64,000 bases of DNA, taken from Thermoanaerobaculia bacterium. Its GTDB lineage: Bacteria; Acidobacteriota; Thermoanaerobaculia; Multivoradales; UBA5704. Made by a program: the position numbers and the translations under genes. Location: assembly GCA_044226625.1 (NCBI GenBank), contig JBGAGQ010000015.1, positions 39,215 to 103,214 on the forward strand, read 5' to 3'. This document shows positions 29,990 to 38,146 of the stretch, one piece after another (position 1 is the first letter of the stretch; each line of letters opens with the position of its first letter). The notes beneath the pieces were generated by a model. The model was not told where the DNA came from. It searched no databases and saw only the letters and a list, made by a program, of their open reading frames with translations.

Positions 29990-31156
29990 TTGGCGAGCTT
30001 GCAGATTTCCGTCCTCGGCATGCATCGCTCGGGCACCTCGGCCCTCGCCCGCACGCTCGGCCTTCTTGGCTGCCGCGCGGGCGACCCCGAAGATTTTCCC
30101 GCCGCCGACGAGGCGAACCCCAAGGGCTATTGGGAGCGTCGCGACCTCTGGCGCCTCGATGAAGATCTGCTCGCGGCGCTCGGCGGCGCCTGGGACGAGG
30201 TGGCGCACCTCGATCCCGAGTCGTTTGCGTCGCGCCTCGACGAGGCGGGCGCCGAGCCGTTCGAGCGGCGCGCGCGGGAGATCGTCGCAGCCCTCGATTC
30301 CGCGGGGCGGCCGTGGGTCGTCAAGGATCCTCGCCTCTGCTTGACCTTCCCGCTCTGGCGTCGAGCCCTGGAGGCTCCGATCGCCGTGGTCATCTGGAGA
30401 TCGCCTCTTTCCGTCGCGCGCTCCCTCGACACGCGGGACGGCTTCCCTTGGGTGCTCGGCATGGCCCTCTGGGAACGTTACGTGCGCTCCGCCCTGGCCG
30501 GTACTCGGGAGACCCCGCGCCTGTTGGTGCGCTACGAGGATCTGATCGACCGGCCGCGCGAAACCGCGCGTCGTCTGCGGGAAGACCTCGAATCCTTGGG
30601 CGTCCGTGGGCTCTCCGATCCGGCCGACGGCGAGCTGGAGGCGTTTCTCGATCCGGCGCTCGAACGGCAGGAGCGCGAGCCGGACCTCGAGGCCGTGCTG
30701 CTGAACCTCGGTCAGGAACGGCTGGTCCGTTCGCTCGAAAGGGGAGACCCCGACCCGGAAGAACCCCTTTCGGCCGCCGCCCGCGATCTGCTCGAGCACC
30801 ACGCCGTGGCGAACCGTCGCGAACTGGCGCTCCGATCCGAGGTCGAGCGCCTCCACGCCCTGCTCGCCGAGACGACGAGGAACGGCGAGCGGGAGCGTCT
30901 CGAGTTCGAACAGGAGGTTTCCCGCGCTTCCGAGGGAGCACAGCAGGAGCGCCGAGCCCGCGAGGATGTCGAGCGGCAAGCGGCGGAGGCGCTGAGCGCG
31001 GAGCGGGAGGCGCGGAAGATCGCCGAAGAGACCGCCCGCGAGTCCATCGCGCAGGCGAGCGCCCTCCAAGAGAAAATCGCCCGGGATTCCGAAGCCTTCG
31101 CCCTGGAACATGCCGAGCGCCTCCGTCTCGAGGCGGTGCTCGCGGAGAGATTTTGA
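29990..31156 (+). CDS. Sulfotransferase family protein with C-terminal coiled coil
   Basis: LGMHRSGTS (PAPS binding), NPKGYWE, KDPR and RSPLSVARSL; Glu/Arg/Ala-rich tail. Confidence 0.85.
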   Translation: MASLQISVLGMHRSGTSALARTLGLLGCRAGDPEDFPAADEANPKGYWERRDLWRLDEDLLAALGGAWDEVAHLDPESFASRLDEAGAEPFERRAREIVAALDSAGRPWVVKDPRLCLTFPLWRRALEAPIAVVIWRSPLSVARSLDTRDGFPWVLGMALWERYVRSALAGTRETPRLLVRYEDLIDRPRETARRLREDLESLGVRGLSDPADGELEAFLDPALERQEREPDLEAVLLNLGQERLVRSLERGDPDPEEPLSAAARDLLEHHAVANRRELALRSEVERLHALLAETTRNGERERLEFEQEVSRASEGAQQERRAREDVERQAAEALSAEREARKIAEETARESIAQASALQEKIARDSEAFALEHAERLRLEAVLAERF

Positions 31157-31299
31157 TTACGAAGCGCCATCTCGGCGGGGCGACCCACCGGCTCGACCGC
31201 TGAAGGGGCTCGATGGGTATCGCGGTCGAGAGCGCGGTGCGTCTCGTCACCGGGACAGGCGTTAGGGGCTAGGTACCCAGGCCCGACCTCGACCGAGCC

Positions 31300-32727
31300 T
31301 TACCGCAGCGTCTCCTTGAGCTGGCCCCAACGGCCGCGGAGGCTGTTCAGGATCTTGCGGTAGAAGAACGGGCGACGGTTGAAGATGTCCGGGGTGTGCA
31401 GGATGTCCTGCCGCTCGTAGGGGTCGAGCTCGAGGTCGAACAGCTGCTCGTAGGCCGGGGTTTCGCTCGTGAAGCGGACGTACTTCCAGCGCGAGCGGCG
31501 GACGCCTTCGCTCATCGGGATGCGCGGCCAGACCAGGTGGTGCTCGTAGAACCAATCGCCGCGCCAGCTGGAGGCGGTGCCGAAGACGGCCGGTTTGAGG
31601 CTTCTGCCCTGCATGCGGTTGGGGATCGGCAGACCCGCGGCGTCGAGGATCGTCGGTGCGATGTCGACGTTCAGCGCCATCTTCGGCGTCTTCGTCCCTT
31701 GGCGGGCGGCCGGTAGCCCGGGCCAGACGATGAATAGGGGGACGCGGATCGACTCCTCGTACATGAGCCATTTCCCGGTGAGGCCGTGCTCGCCCATCAA
31801 GAGTCCGTTGTCCGAGGTGAAGACGATCACCGTCCGGTCGGTGAGGCCGCGGGCCTCCAGCGCCGCGAGCATTTCGCCGACCGCGCGGTCCATGCCGGTG
31901 ATCAGACGGTAGTAATCCTTCCGCGTCTTTTGGTCCAGGTCTTCCGTTCCGAACTGGTCGAACCAACGGACGCGCCCTTCCGATTCGCGCAGGAACGCTG
32001 GGAGCGCGGCGAAGTCGGCGTCGGTCGCCGTACGCGGCTTCGGAATCTGGACGTCGTCGTAGAGGTGGAGATCTTCCGCGTCCGGGGGGAGCGTGCACGA
32101 GCAGCCGCCGTCCTGCACATGGGGAGCCTTGAACGCGACCGTGAGCTGGAACGGCTCGCGCGCGGTCCTGACGAAGTCCGCCGCTTCGTGCCCTTGCCGG
32201 CGGGTCAAATGCTCTGGGACGCCCGTCTCGTAGTAGCTCCCCTGGCCCGCGAAGCCGCGCCAATCGTCGAACTCGCTCTCGGGCAGCTCGCCGCCGAGCC
32301 CCCACTTGCCGATGAACCCCGTGTAATAGCCGGCCCGCCGCAGCAGCGCCGGATAGGTGTCGGCGAACGCCTCGGGGGTGAGGAGCTCCTCGAAGCCGTC
32401 GACCTGATGGCGGCGGTTGTATTGGCCGGTGTAGAGGGTGGCGCGGCTCGCGTAGCAGACCGGCGTGGTGCCGAAGCTGTTGGTGAAGAGCACCCCACGG
32501 GCCGCGAGCCGGTCGAGGTTCGGGGTGTGAACGAGCGGGTTGCCCGCGGCGCCGAGCGCATCCCAGCGCTGGTCGTCGGTCAGGATGAAGACGATGTTCG
32601 GTCGCGACGGGGGATCGGCGGCCACGGTGCTCGCCGAGGACTCTCCAGCGGCGCCGGAGGGGAGGAAGAACAGAGCCATGGCCGAGGCGGCCCCGGGGAG
32701 GAGCGACAACCAACGCAATCTGGGCAT
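31300..32727 (-). CDS. Formylglycine-type sulfatase
   Basis: PNIVFILTDDQ, VCYASRATLYTG, GKW, SDNG and GKW..YEES. Confidence 0.88.
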   Translation of the reverse strand: MPRLRWLSLLPGAASAMALFFLPSGAAGESSASTVAADPPSRPNIVFILTDDQRWDALGAAGNPLVHTPNLDRLAARGVLFTNSFGTTPVCYASRATLYTGQYNRRHQVDGFEELLTPEAFADTYPALLRRAGYYTGFIGKWGLGGELPESEFDDWRGFAGQGSYYETGVPEHLTRRQGHEAADFVRTAREPFQLTVAFKAPHVQDGGCSCTLPPDAEDLHLYDDVQIPKPRTATDADFAALPAFLRESEGRVRWFDQFGTEDLDQKTRKDYYRLITGMDRAVGEMLAALEARGLTDRTVIVFTSDNGLLMGEHGLTGKWLMYEESIRVPLFIVWPGLPAARQGTKTPKMALNVDIAPTILDAAGLPIPNRMQGRSLKPAVFGTASSWRGDWFYEHHLVWPRIPMSEGVRRSRWKYVRFTSETPAYEQLFDLELDPYERQDILHTPDIFNRRPFFYRKILNSLRGRWGQLKETLR

Positions 32728-32799
32728 GATGGGCGGTTACCCTAGCATGGCCCGGGCGTTCGGGGTGGTACGATCCCCATCCTTCGAAAGGACCGCCGA

Positions 32800-33303
32800 A
32801 TGACCAAGATGCACCGCTCGTCCCTCGTACTGCTCGCCGCCGTCGCGGCGCTCACCTTGCTCGGTACGCTCGCCGCTCCTCGGCCGGCGCACGCGGGCGG
32901 CGACTGGAACGATGCCGGGATCGCCTGGCGTCCCTATTCGGACGGCGTCGCCGAGGCGAAGAAGTCGGGCAAGCCGATCTGCCTCGTCGTCTTCACGGAC
33001 TGGTGCCCCCACTGCAAGAACTACAGCGCCGTCTACCACGACCCCAAGGTGGTCGAGATGGCGAAGAAGTTCGTGATGATCCGTCTGGATCAGGACCAGA
33101 ACAAGGATCTGGTCAAGGACTTTGCGCCGGATGGGCAGTACATCCCCCGCACGCTGTTCCTCTCGTCCGAGGGCAAGCTCGACGCCGACCTGCGGGCGCC
33201 GCGCGAGCTCTACCGCTATTTTTATGACGAGGCGAAGGCGGACGGTTCGGCCGGCGTCCTCGCCGGGATGCAGCGAGCGCTCGACAAGCTGGCGGCGAAG
33301 TAG
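32800..33303 (+). CDS. Exported thioredoxin-fold protein
   Basis: WCPHC and YIPR cis-Pro loop; signal peptide. Confidence 0.85.
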   Translation: MTKMHRSSLVLLAAVAALTLLGTLAAPRPAHAGGDWNDAGIAWRPYSDGVAEAKKSGKPICLVVFTDWCPHCKNYSAVYHDPKVVEMAKKFVMIRLDQDQNKDLVKDFAPDGQYIPRTLFLSSEGKLDADLRAPRELYRYFYDEAKADGSAGVLAGMQRALDKLAAK

Positions 33304-33354
33304 GGATTTCGGCTCGGGGGGATTCCGCCCGAGCCGGCCCGACGCCCCACGACC

Positions 33355-33888
33355 CTACCGCGGGGCCTCTTCCTTCGGCTGCTTCGCCTTCGCCTTCTGG
33401 ACCGGGGTGAACCGCTCGCGGACGCCGGAAAACGAGATGCTCTCGACGTAATACCAGTACTCCTTCGTCGGGTCGATGTCCTTGTCGACGTAGGAGTACT
33501 TGTGCGGCTCGTCCGAGGTGCCCGCGCCGGGGATCGGCTTGGCGGTCAGGCGGACGAACGGTCCTTCCTCACCCTCTCCGCGGTAGACGTCGTAGCCGAA
33601 GTTTTCGACCTCCGAGGCGGTGGCCCAGCGGATCGTGTTCTTGAGGTCGACCGTCGCCTCCATCGGCTTGGCGTCCTTCGGCAGGTCCGCGGCGGTCGGG
33701 CTCCCGGTCAAATTCGGCTCACCCGCCATGGGCGGGCTGCCGGCGGCTCCTTCGGAGGCGGACGGCGAGGGGGCGGAGGCTGCCGGCTCGGAGGCTGGCT
33801 TGGGTCCCGTCGAGCAGGCGCCCACGGCGAGCGTCGAAAGGAGGGCGATCGCGGCCAACGTGGGCGAGAGCGGGGGGATCGAGGTCAT
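33355..33888 (-). CDS. Lipoprotein with FN3-like W-x-T-A-S-E domain
   Basis: VGAC lipobox; Pro/Ala linker; IRWATASEVENFGYDVYR...GAGTS...YSYVD...YWYYVE. Confidence 0.75.
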   Translation of the reverse strand: MTSIPPLSPTLAAIALLSTLAVGACSTGPKPASEPAASAPSPSASEGAAGSPPMAGEPNLTGSPTAADLPKDAKPMEATVDLKNTIRWATASEVENFGYDVYRGEGEEGPFVRLTAKPIPGAGTSDEPHKYSYVDKDIDPTKEYWYYVESISFSGVRERFTPVQKAKAKQPKEEAPR

Positions 33889-36578
33889 TTGGAAGGAGTC
33901 TCCGCGGCCGCCGCCTGGGGCAGGGCGATGGCGCCCGCCGCGTCGCGGCCCGATTGGGTTTCCTGCAGGTAGACGCGCGCCGAGCGGACGGCGCCCGCTT
34001 GCTCGGTCTGCCCCTTGTAGCGCAGGTCGAGCTCGGTTCCCTTGGCCTTGACGCGCTCGGTCGAGACGACCGCGCCGTTCTCGTCGAGCCAGTCGACGGT
34101 CGCCTCGCCGGCCAGCCGTTCTCCGTTCGGCCGGCGCGCCGAAACCCCCGGCAGCGGCGAGCCCTCCGCCGGACGGGCGGCGAGGACCAGCGGATCGGGC
34201 AGCGCGAGCGGCAGCGCCGGATCGCCGAGCAGGTTGTACTGCTTGACGAACTCGTCGTCGTGCGCCTCGCGCTTGGTCTGGGCGAGCGCCTCGCCGATCG
34301 TCCAGCCGGGGGTGAGGAGGTTCTTGATCAGCGTCTCGCTCATCTGCTTGTAGGGCGAGTTCCGCCAGGAGGCGGCGATCACCGCGATCGCCCCCTTCTT
34401 CGGCAGGCGCAGGAACTTCTCACCGATCGAGTCGGCGGTCGGATGGTCGAACGGCGCCGAGTAGCAGGTCATCGAAAGGATCAGCGGCAGGCGCCGGCTC
34501 TCCGGCAGGAGATCGAGGTCGTCGAGGTTGAAGAGATCGCGGTGCTTGGTCCAATCTGGGGGGCCGGTCCGCCAGATGAAGCGCCCCCCGTGCCCCATGA
34601 AGTGGACCATCAGCTCCCCCTGGGCGAGCGCGTCGACCAGGTGCTTTTGATCCGCCGGCACCGGCGCGCCCTCTTCCTGCGGCTGGGGATAGACCTTGCG
34701 CGCCGCAAACCCGCGCGGCGAGAGGGCGCGCGCCATCTCGTCGCTCCAGCCCTGCATGACCGGTTCTTCGTTCGTGACCCAGAGGACGTCGCGACGCCAA
34801 GGGCCGATCTCCGGCTTCTCGAGATAGGCGACGGTCTTGGCGACGATCGCCGAGACCTCATCCGGCTCGATCACCGGCAGACGGCCGATCGCGAGCTCCG
34901 GCTTGAGATCTTCCCCCTCGACGTCGGCGTACCAGTTGTCGCCCGCGGCGTGGCCGTCGAACGTGCCGTAGTTCCAGGTCGGAACGAGGTTCCGATGGTC
35001 GAGCGCGCCGCGCTCGGAGTAGGGGGTGGAGACGATCTTGGCGAACTCGGTCCCGTGCCCCGGGTTGTAGGCCGAATCGACGTACTCCTCTCCCTCGGCC
35101 TCGGCGCTCGAATGGAGATTCTTGGGATCCCAGCTGGCGTCCCCGACCAGGAGGACGAAACGCGGATGGGGCGCGGGGAAGTCGCGCCACGCGTGGCGGA
35201 GGAAATCCTTGATCGCCTTGGGATCGAGGATTCCGCCGTTCCATTCGTCGTAGAGATCCTCGACGTCGACCACCGCGACCTTGAGCCCGCGCCGTCGGTG
35301 CGCCTCGGCGAGCGGCTGGACGGCCGCCAGCAGGCGAGGGTGGGCGATGATCAGGTAGTCGACGTGCTCGGCGAACGTCGCCCAGGAGGACGGCTTGTCC
35401 CGCTCGATGGCCAAGGGAGAGGCATAGCCGGACGGCGGCACCGCCCAGATCACCTTCTCGGGACGCGGGAAGAGGAAGGTGACGCGGTCCTTGCCCGCTC
35501 CTTCGCCGACGCGTGCCACGGCGTTGCCAGGAAGGCGGCTACCCGCTTCGCCGTACAGCGTGAACGGCGCTCCGGACGGGACGAAGAAGGTGGCGACCGG
35601 GGCCGCCTCCGGTACCTCGACGCGCACGGGGGATTTGAGGTCCAGATCCAGCCGGCGGGGATAGACGATCTCGATCGAGTTGAGCACCGACACGTCGATC
35701 AGCGACTCGCCGGTTTCGGCGTTCGGGCGCACCGGGATGCGCACCTCGATCTGGGTCTTGCCGGGAGCGATCGTCGACGCCGGAACCTCGGCGGTCAAAC
35801 GCTGCAAGCCTTCCGGGTTGTTCCAGGTCGCGGACGCCACGTTCTTGCCGCCGAACCAGATCTCGGCGGCATGATCGGTGAGCAACGGCGCCTTGCGCGC
35901 CGGCTGCGACCAGCCGCGGATCTCGACCGTGATCCGTACCGGTTGCGGATGCTCCGCGTCGAGATCGCGCGTCTCGAGATCCGAGAGATCGACCGGCTGC
36001 ACGAACGGCTGCGGATCGAGCTGGGTGAGCTTGGCCCAGAACCAGAGCTCCTGCGGCATGTCCGGCGCGGTGGGAAAGCGCAGCAGGATGGCGTCGTGCT
36101 CGAAATGCTGGCGAACCGCGAGCGCCACGGGAGCCGAGCGCCGCGGCGCGCCGCCGGCCGGCGCGGCCATCCGGGCCGGCCGCGTCGACGGGTCCTCGTC
36201 GTAGCGCAGCCGGTAGACGTTCAAGTTCGAGTGCTCGTTGTAGTAGGTGACGTCGCCCGCGAGCCGGTCGCCGACGAATTCGAAATGATCGCCCGGGCCG
36301 AACCGGCCGTCCCCGGCATCTTCGATGTAGATCGGGATCGGTCGATCGCGGTTGGTCAGCTGCATCGCGTCGCTGTCGAGATCTCCCTTGAGGCCGGCTT
36401 TCGCCAGATCGGCGTAAGAGATTCGATAGATCCCCGGGTCGGCGAGGAAGATCTTGAACGCGGCCGACTCCGCCGCGGCCGGAGCCGGCGGAGCGGGGGA
36501 GGCGGTCACGCCCAGAACGGGCGCGGCGAGCAGGAGGAGCGCGAAGGTCGGGAGGCTCGGTGAAGTGCGTGAGATCAT
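33885..36578 (-). CDS. C25 family (gingipain/PorU-like) cysteine peptidase
   Basis: GIYRISY, DYLII, DLYDEWNGG, VLLVGD, IGRLP, catalytic FMGHGG and MTCY, YNLLGDPAL. Confidence 0.88.
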   Translation of the reverse strand: MISRTSPSLPTFALLLLAAPVLGVTASPAPPAPAAAESAAFKIFLADPGIYRISYADLAKAGLKGDLDSDAMQLTNRDRPIPIYIEDAGDGRFGPGDHFEFVGDRLAGDVTYYNEHSNLNVYRLRYDEDPSTRPARMAAPAGGAPRRSAPVALAVRQHFEHDAILLRFPTAPDMPQELWFWAKLTQLDPQPFVQPVDLSDLETRDLDAEHPQPVRITVEIRGWSQPARKAPLLTDHAAEIWFGGKNVASATWNNPEGLQRLTAEVPASTIAPGKTQIEVRIPVRPNAETGESLIDVSVLNSIEIVYPRRLDLDLKSPVRVEVPEAAPVATFFVPSGAPFTLYGEAGSRLPGNAVARVGEGAGKDRVTFLFPRPEKVIWAVPPSGYASPLAIERDKPSSWATFAEHVDYLIIAHPRLLAAVQPLAEAHRRRGLKVAVVDVEDLYDEWNGGILDPKAIKDFLRHAWRDFPAPHPRFVLLVGDASWDPKNLHSSAEAEGEEYVDSAYNPGHGTEFAKIVSTPYSERGALDHRNLVPTWNYGTFDGHAAGDNWYADVEGEDLKPELAIGRLPVIEPDEVSAIVAKTVAYLEKPEIGPWRRDVLWVTNEEPVMQGWSDEMARALSPRGFAARKVYPQPQEEGAPVPADQKHLVDALAQGELMVHFMGHGGRFIWRTGPPDWTKHRDLFNLDDLDLLPESRRLPLILSMTCYSAPFDHPTADSIGEKFLRLPKKGAIAVIAASWRNSPYKQMSETLIKNLLTPGWTIGEALAQTKREAHDDEFVKQYNLLGDPALPLALPDPLVLAARPAEGSPLPGVSARRPNGERLAGEATVDWLDENGAVVSTERVKAKGTELDLRYKGQTEQAGAVRSARVYLQETQSGRDAAGAIALPQAAAAETPSK

Positions 36579-36886
36579 TCTTGGGTAGGCCTCGGCTCTC
36601 GGGAGGATCGCGATTCTAACGGTTCCAGGCTGGCCGCGGAGAAGGAAACGCGGAACGAAGGCTGAAGATTTCGCCCGTTTGAACGGTTCCGGCGCGCATC
36701 CTCGACCCGAGCCGGTCGGCGAACCGAAAGAGGGCCCGAAGAGCGCCCACGGCGTTCGACGCCTCCCAGAGGCCGCGCGATCCCTATGCTAGAGTCGAAA
36801 GGCCAATCTCAGCGATCGGCATTCCAGACAGTCAACCTCGGACGAGCTCGCGACCGCGGGCTTGAGCTCCGTCAAAAGGGAACCGC

Positions 36887-37879
36887 ATGAAGAAAATCGG
36901 CATCCTCTTCGGGCAGGAGAATACCTTCCCCTGGGCGTTCATCGACCGGGTGAACTCGAAAAACGTCGACGGCATCGTCGCCGAGCCGGTCAAGATCGAC
37001 AAGGTCAAGCAGGGCGAGCCGGCCGGTTACGACGTGATCATCGATCGCATCTCGCAAGACATCCCCTTCTACCGCGGCTTCCTGAAGAACGAGGCCCTGC
37101 TCGGCGCGGCGGTGCTCAACAACCCGTTCTGGTGGAGCGCCGACGAGAAGTTCTTCAACAACGCCCTCGCGACCCGCATCGGCGTCGCGGTGCCGAAGAC
37201 GGTCCTGCTCCCCTCGAACGAGCATCCGCCCGACACCAAGGCCGAGTCGATGCGCAACCTCTCCTATCCGCTCGACTGGGAAGGGATCTTCGACTACGTG
37301 GGCTTCCCGGCCTTCTTCAAGCCTTTCGCGGGAGGCGGTTGGAAGAACGTCTACCGCGTGAAAACCGCCGAGGAGTTCTTCAAGACCTACGGCGAGACCG
37401 GCCAGCTCGTGATGATGCTCCAGGAGGAGATCAAGTTCACCGAGTACTTCCGCTGCTACTCGATCGACCGCCAGGACATCCGGATCATGCGCTACGACCC
37501 GGGGGCGTACTTCCACGAGCGCTACGTCCGCACCCCCGAGCCGATCGAGCCGGGGCTCTACGCGAAGCTCTACGACGCGGTGCTCCGCCTGAACGTCGGC
37601 CTCGGCTACGACTTCAACACGGTCGAGCTCGCGGTCCGCGACGGCATCCCCTACGCGATCGACTTCTGCAACCCGGCGCCCGACGCGGATCTGAACTCGA
37701 TCGGCCCCGACAACTTCGAATGGATCGTCGAAGCGGTCGCCAACATGGCGATCCGCCGCGCGCAGGCGCACAAGCCCGGGCAGAACAACTGCACCTGGGG
37801 GACCTTCATCCGCTCCTACGCGGGCGGCACCCACGACCTCGCCGAAAGCACCACGAGCGAAGTCGCCGAGCGCACGTAG
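36887..37879 (+). CDS. ATP-grasp (RimK-like) protein
   Basis: NNPFWWSADEKF, KPFAGGGWKNVY, LQEEI and IDFCNPAPD. Confidence 0.85.
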   Translation: MKKIGILFGQENTFPWAFIDRVNSKNVDGIVAEPVKIDKVKQGEPAGYDVIIDRISQDIPFYRGFLKNEALLGAAVLNNPFWWSADEKFFNNALATRIGVAVPKTVLLPSNEHPPDTKAESMRNLSYPLDWEGIFDYVGFPAFFKPFAGGGWKNVYRVKTAEEFFKTYGETGQLVMMLQEEIKFTEYFRCYSIDRQDIRIMRYDPGAYFHERYVRTPEPIEPGLYAKLYDAVLRLNVGLGYDFNTVELAVRDGIPYAIDFCNPAPDADLNSIGPDNFEWIVEAVANMAIRRAQAHKPGQNNCTWGTFIRSYAGGTHDLAESTTSEVAERT

Positions 37880-37905
37880 TTCGGCCAACCTCGTATCGAC
37901 GCCTA

Positions 37906-37941
37906 ACCGGCGCCTCTCGTTCGCGGGAGGCGCCGGTTTTT
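37906..37941 (+). terminator. Rho-independent terminator
   Basis: ACCGGCGCCTC-loop-GAGGCGCCGGT followed by a T run. Confidence 0.8.
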
Positions 37942-37960
37942 GTTAGGCCCCCACCTTAGT

Positions 37961-38081
37961 CCTCCCCCGCAAGCGGGGGAGGAGGCCCGGCCGGTAGGTC
38001 CACTCTTACCACCTGCCTCAAGGCTCTCGGATTCTCCACGACCTCCCGCCGCGGGTCCCTCCCCCCGCGTGCGGGGGGAGG
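37961..38081. repeat. Pair of REP-like CCTCCCCCGC-NN-GCGGGGGAGG hairpins
   Basis: Hairpins at 37961-37982 and 38058-38081. Confidence 0.65.
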
Positions 38082-38095
38082 ACAGGAGGGGGGCT

Positions 38096-38135
38096 TCGCA
38101 GTGTTACGCTTTCCGCTGTTTCCGGAAACCTGCGA
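38096..38135 (+). promoter_or_regulatory. Conserved upstream element of STAND gene 1 (extended -10 and palindrome)
   Basis: 38/40 identical to 41043-41082; TGTTACGCT and GTTTCCGGAAAC. Confidence 0.65.
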
Positions 38136-38146
38136 GGAGCGCCGCC

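Noticed and set aside
37901-37948. attC-like GCCTAAC...GTTAGGC (also ACCCAAC 43992 / GTTAGGT 44315)
   Set aside because: 48 nt is shorter than typical attC sites and is explained by the terminator stem; the second pair is too far apart and not self-complementary; no integron integrase in the window
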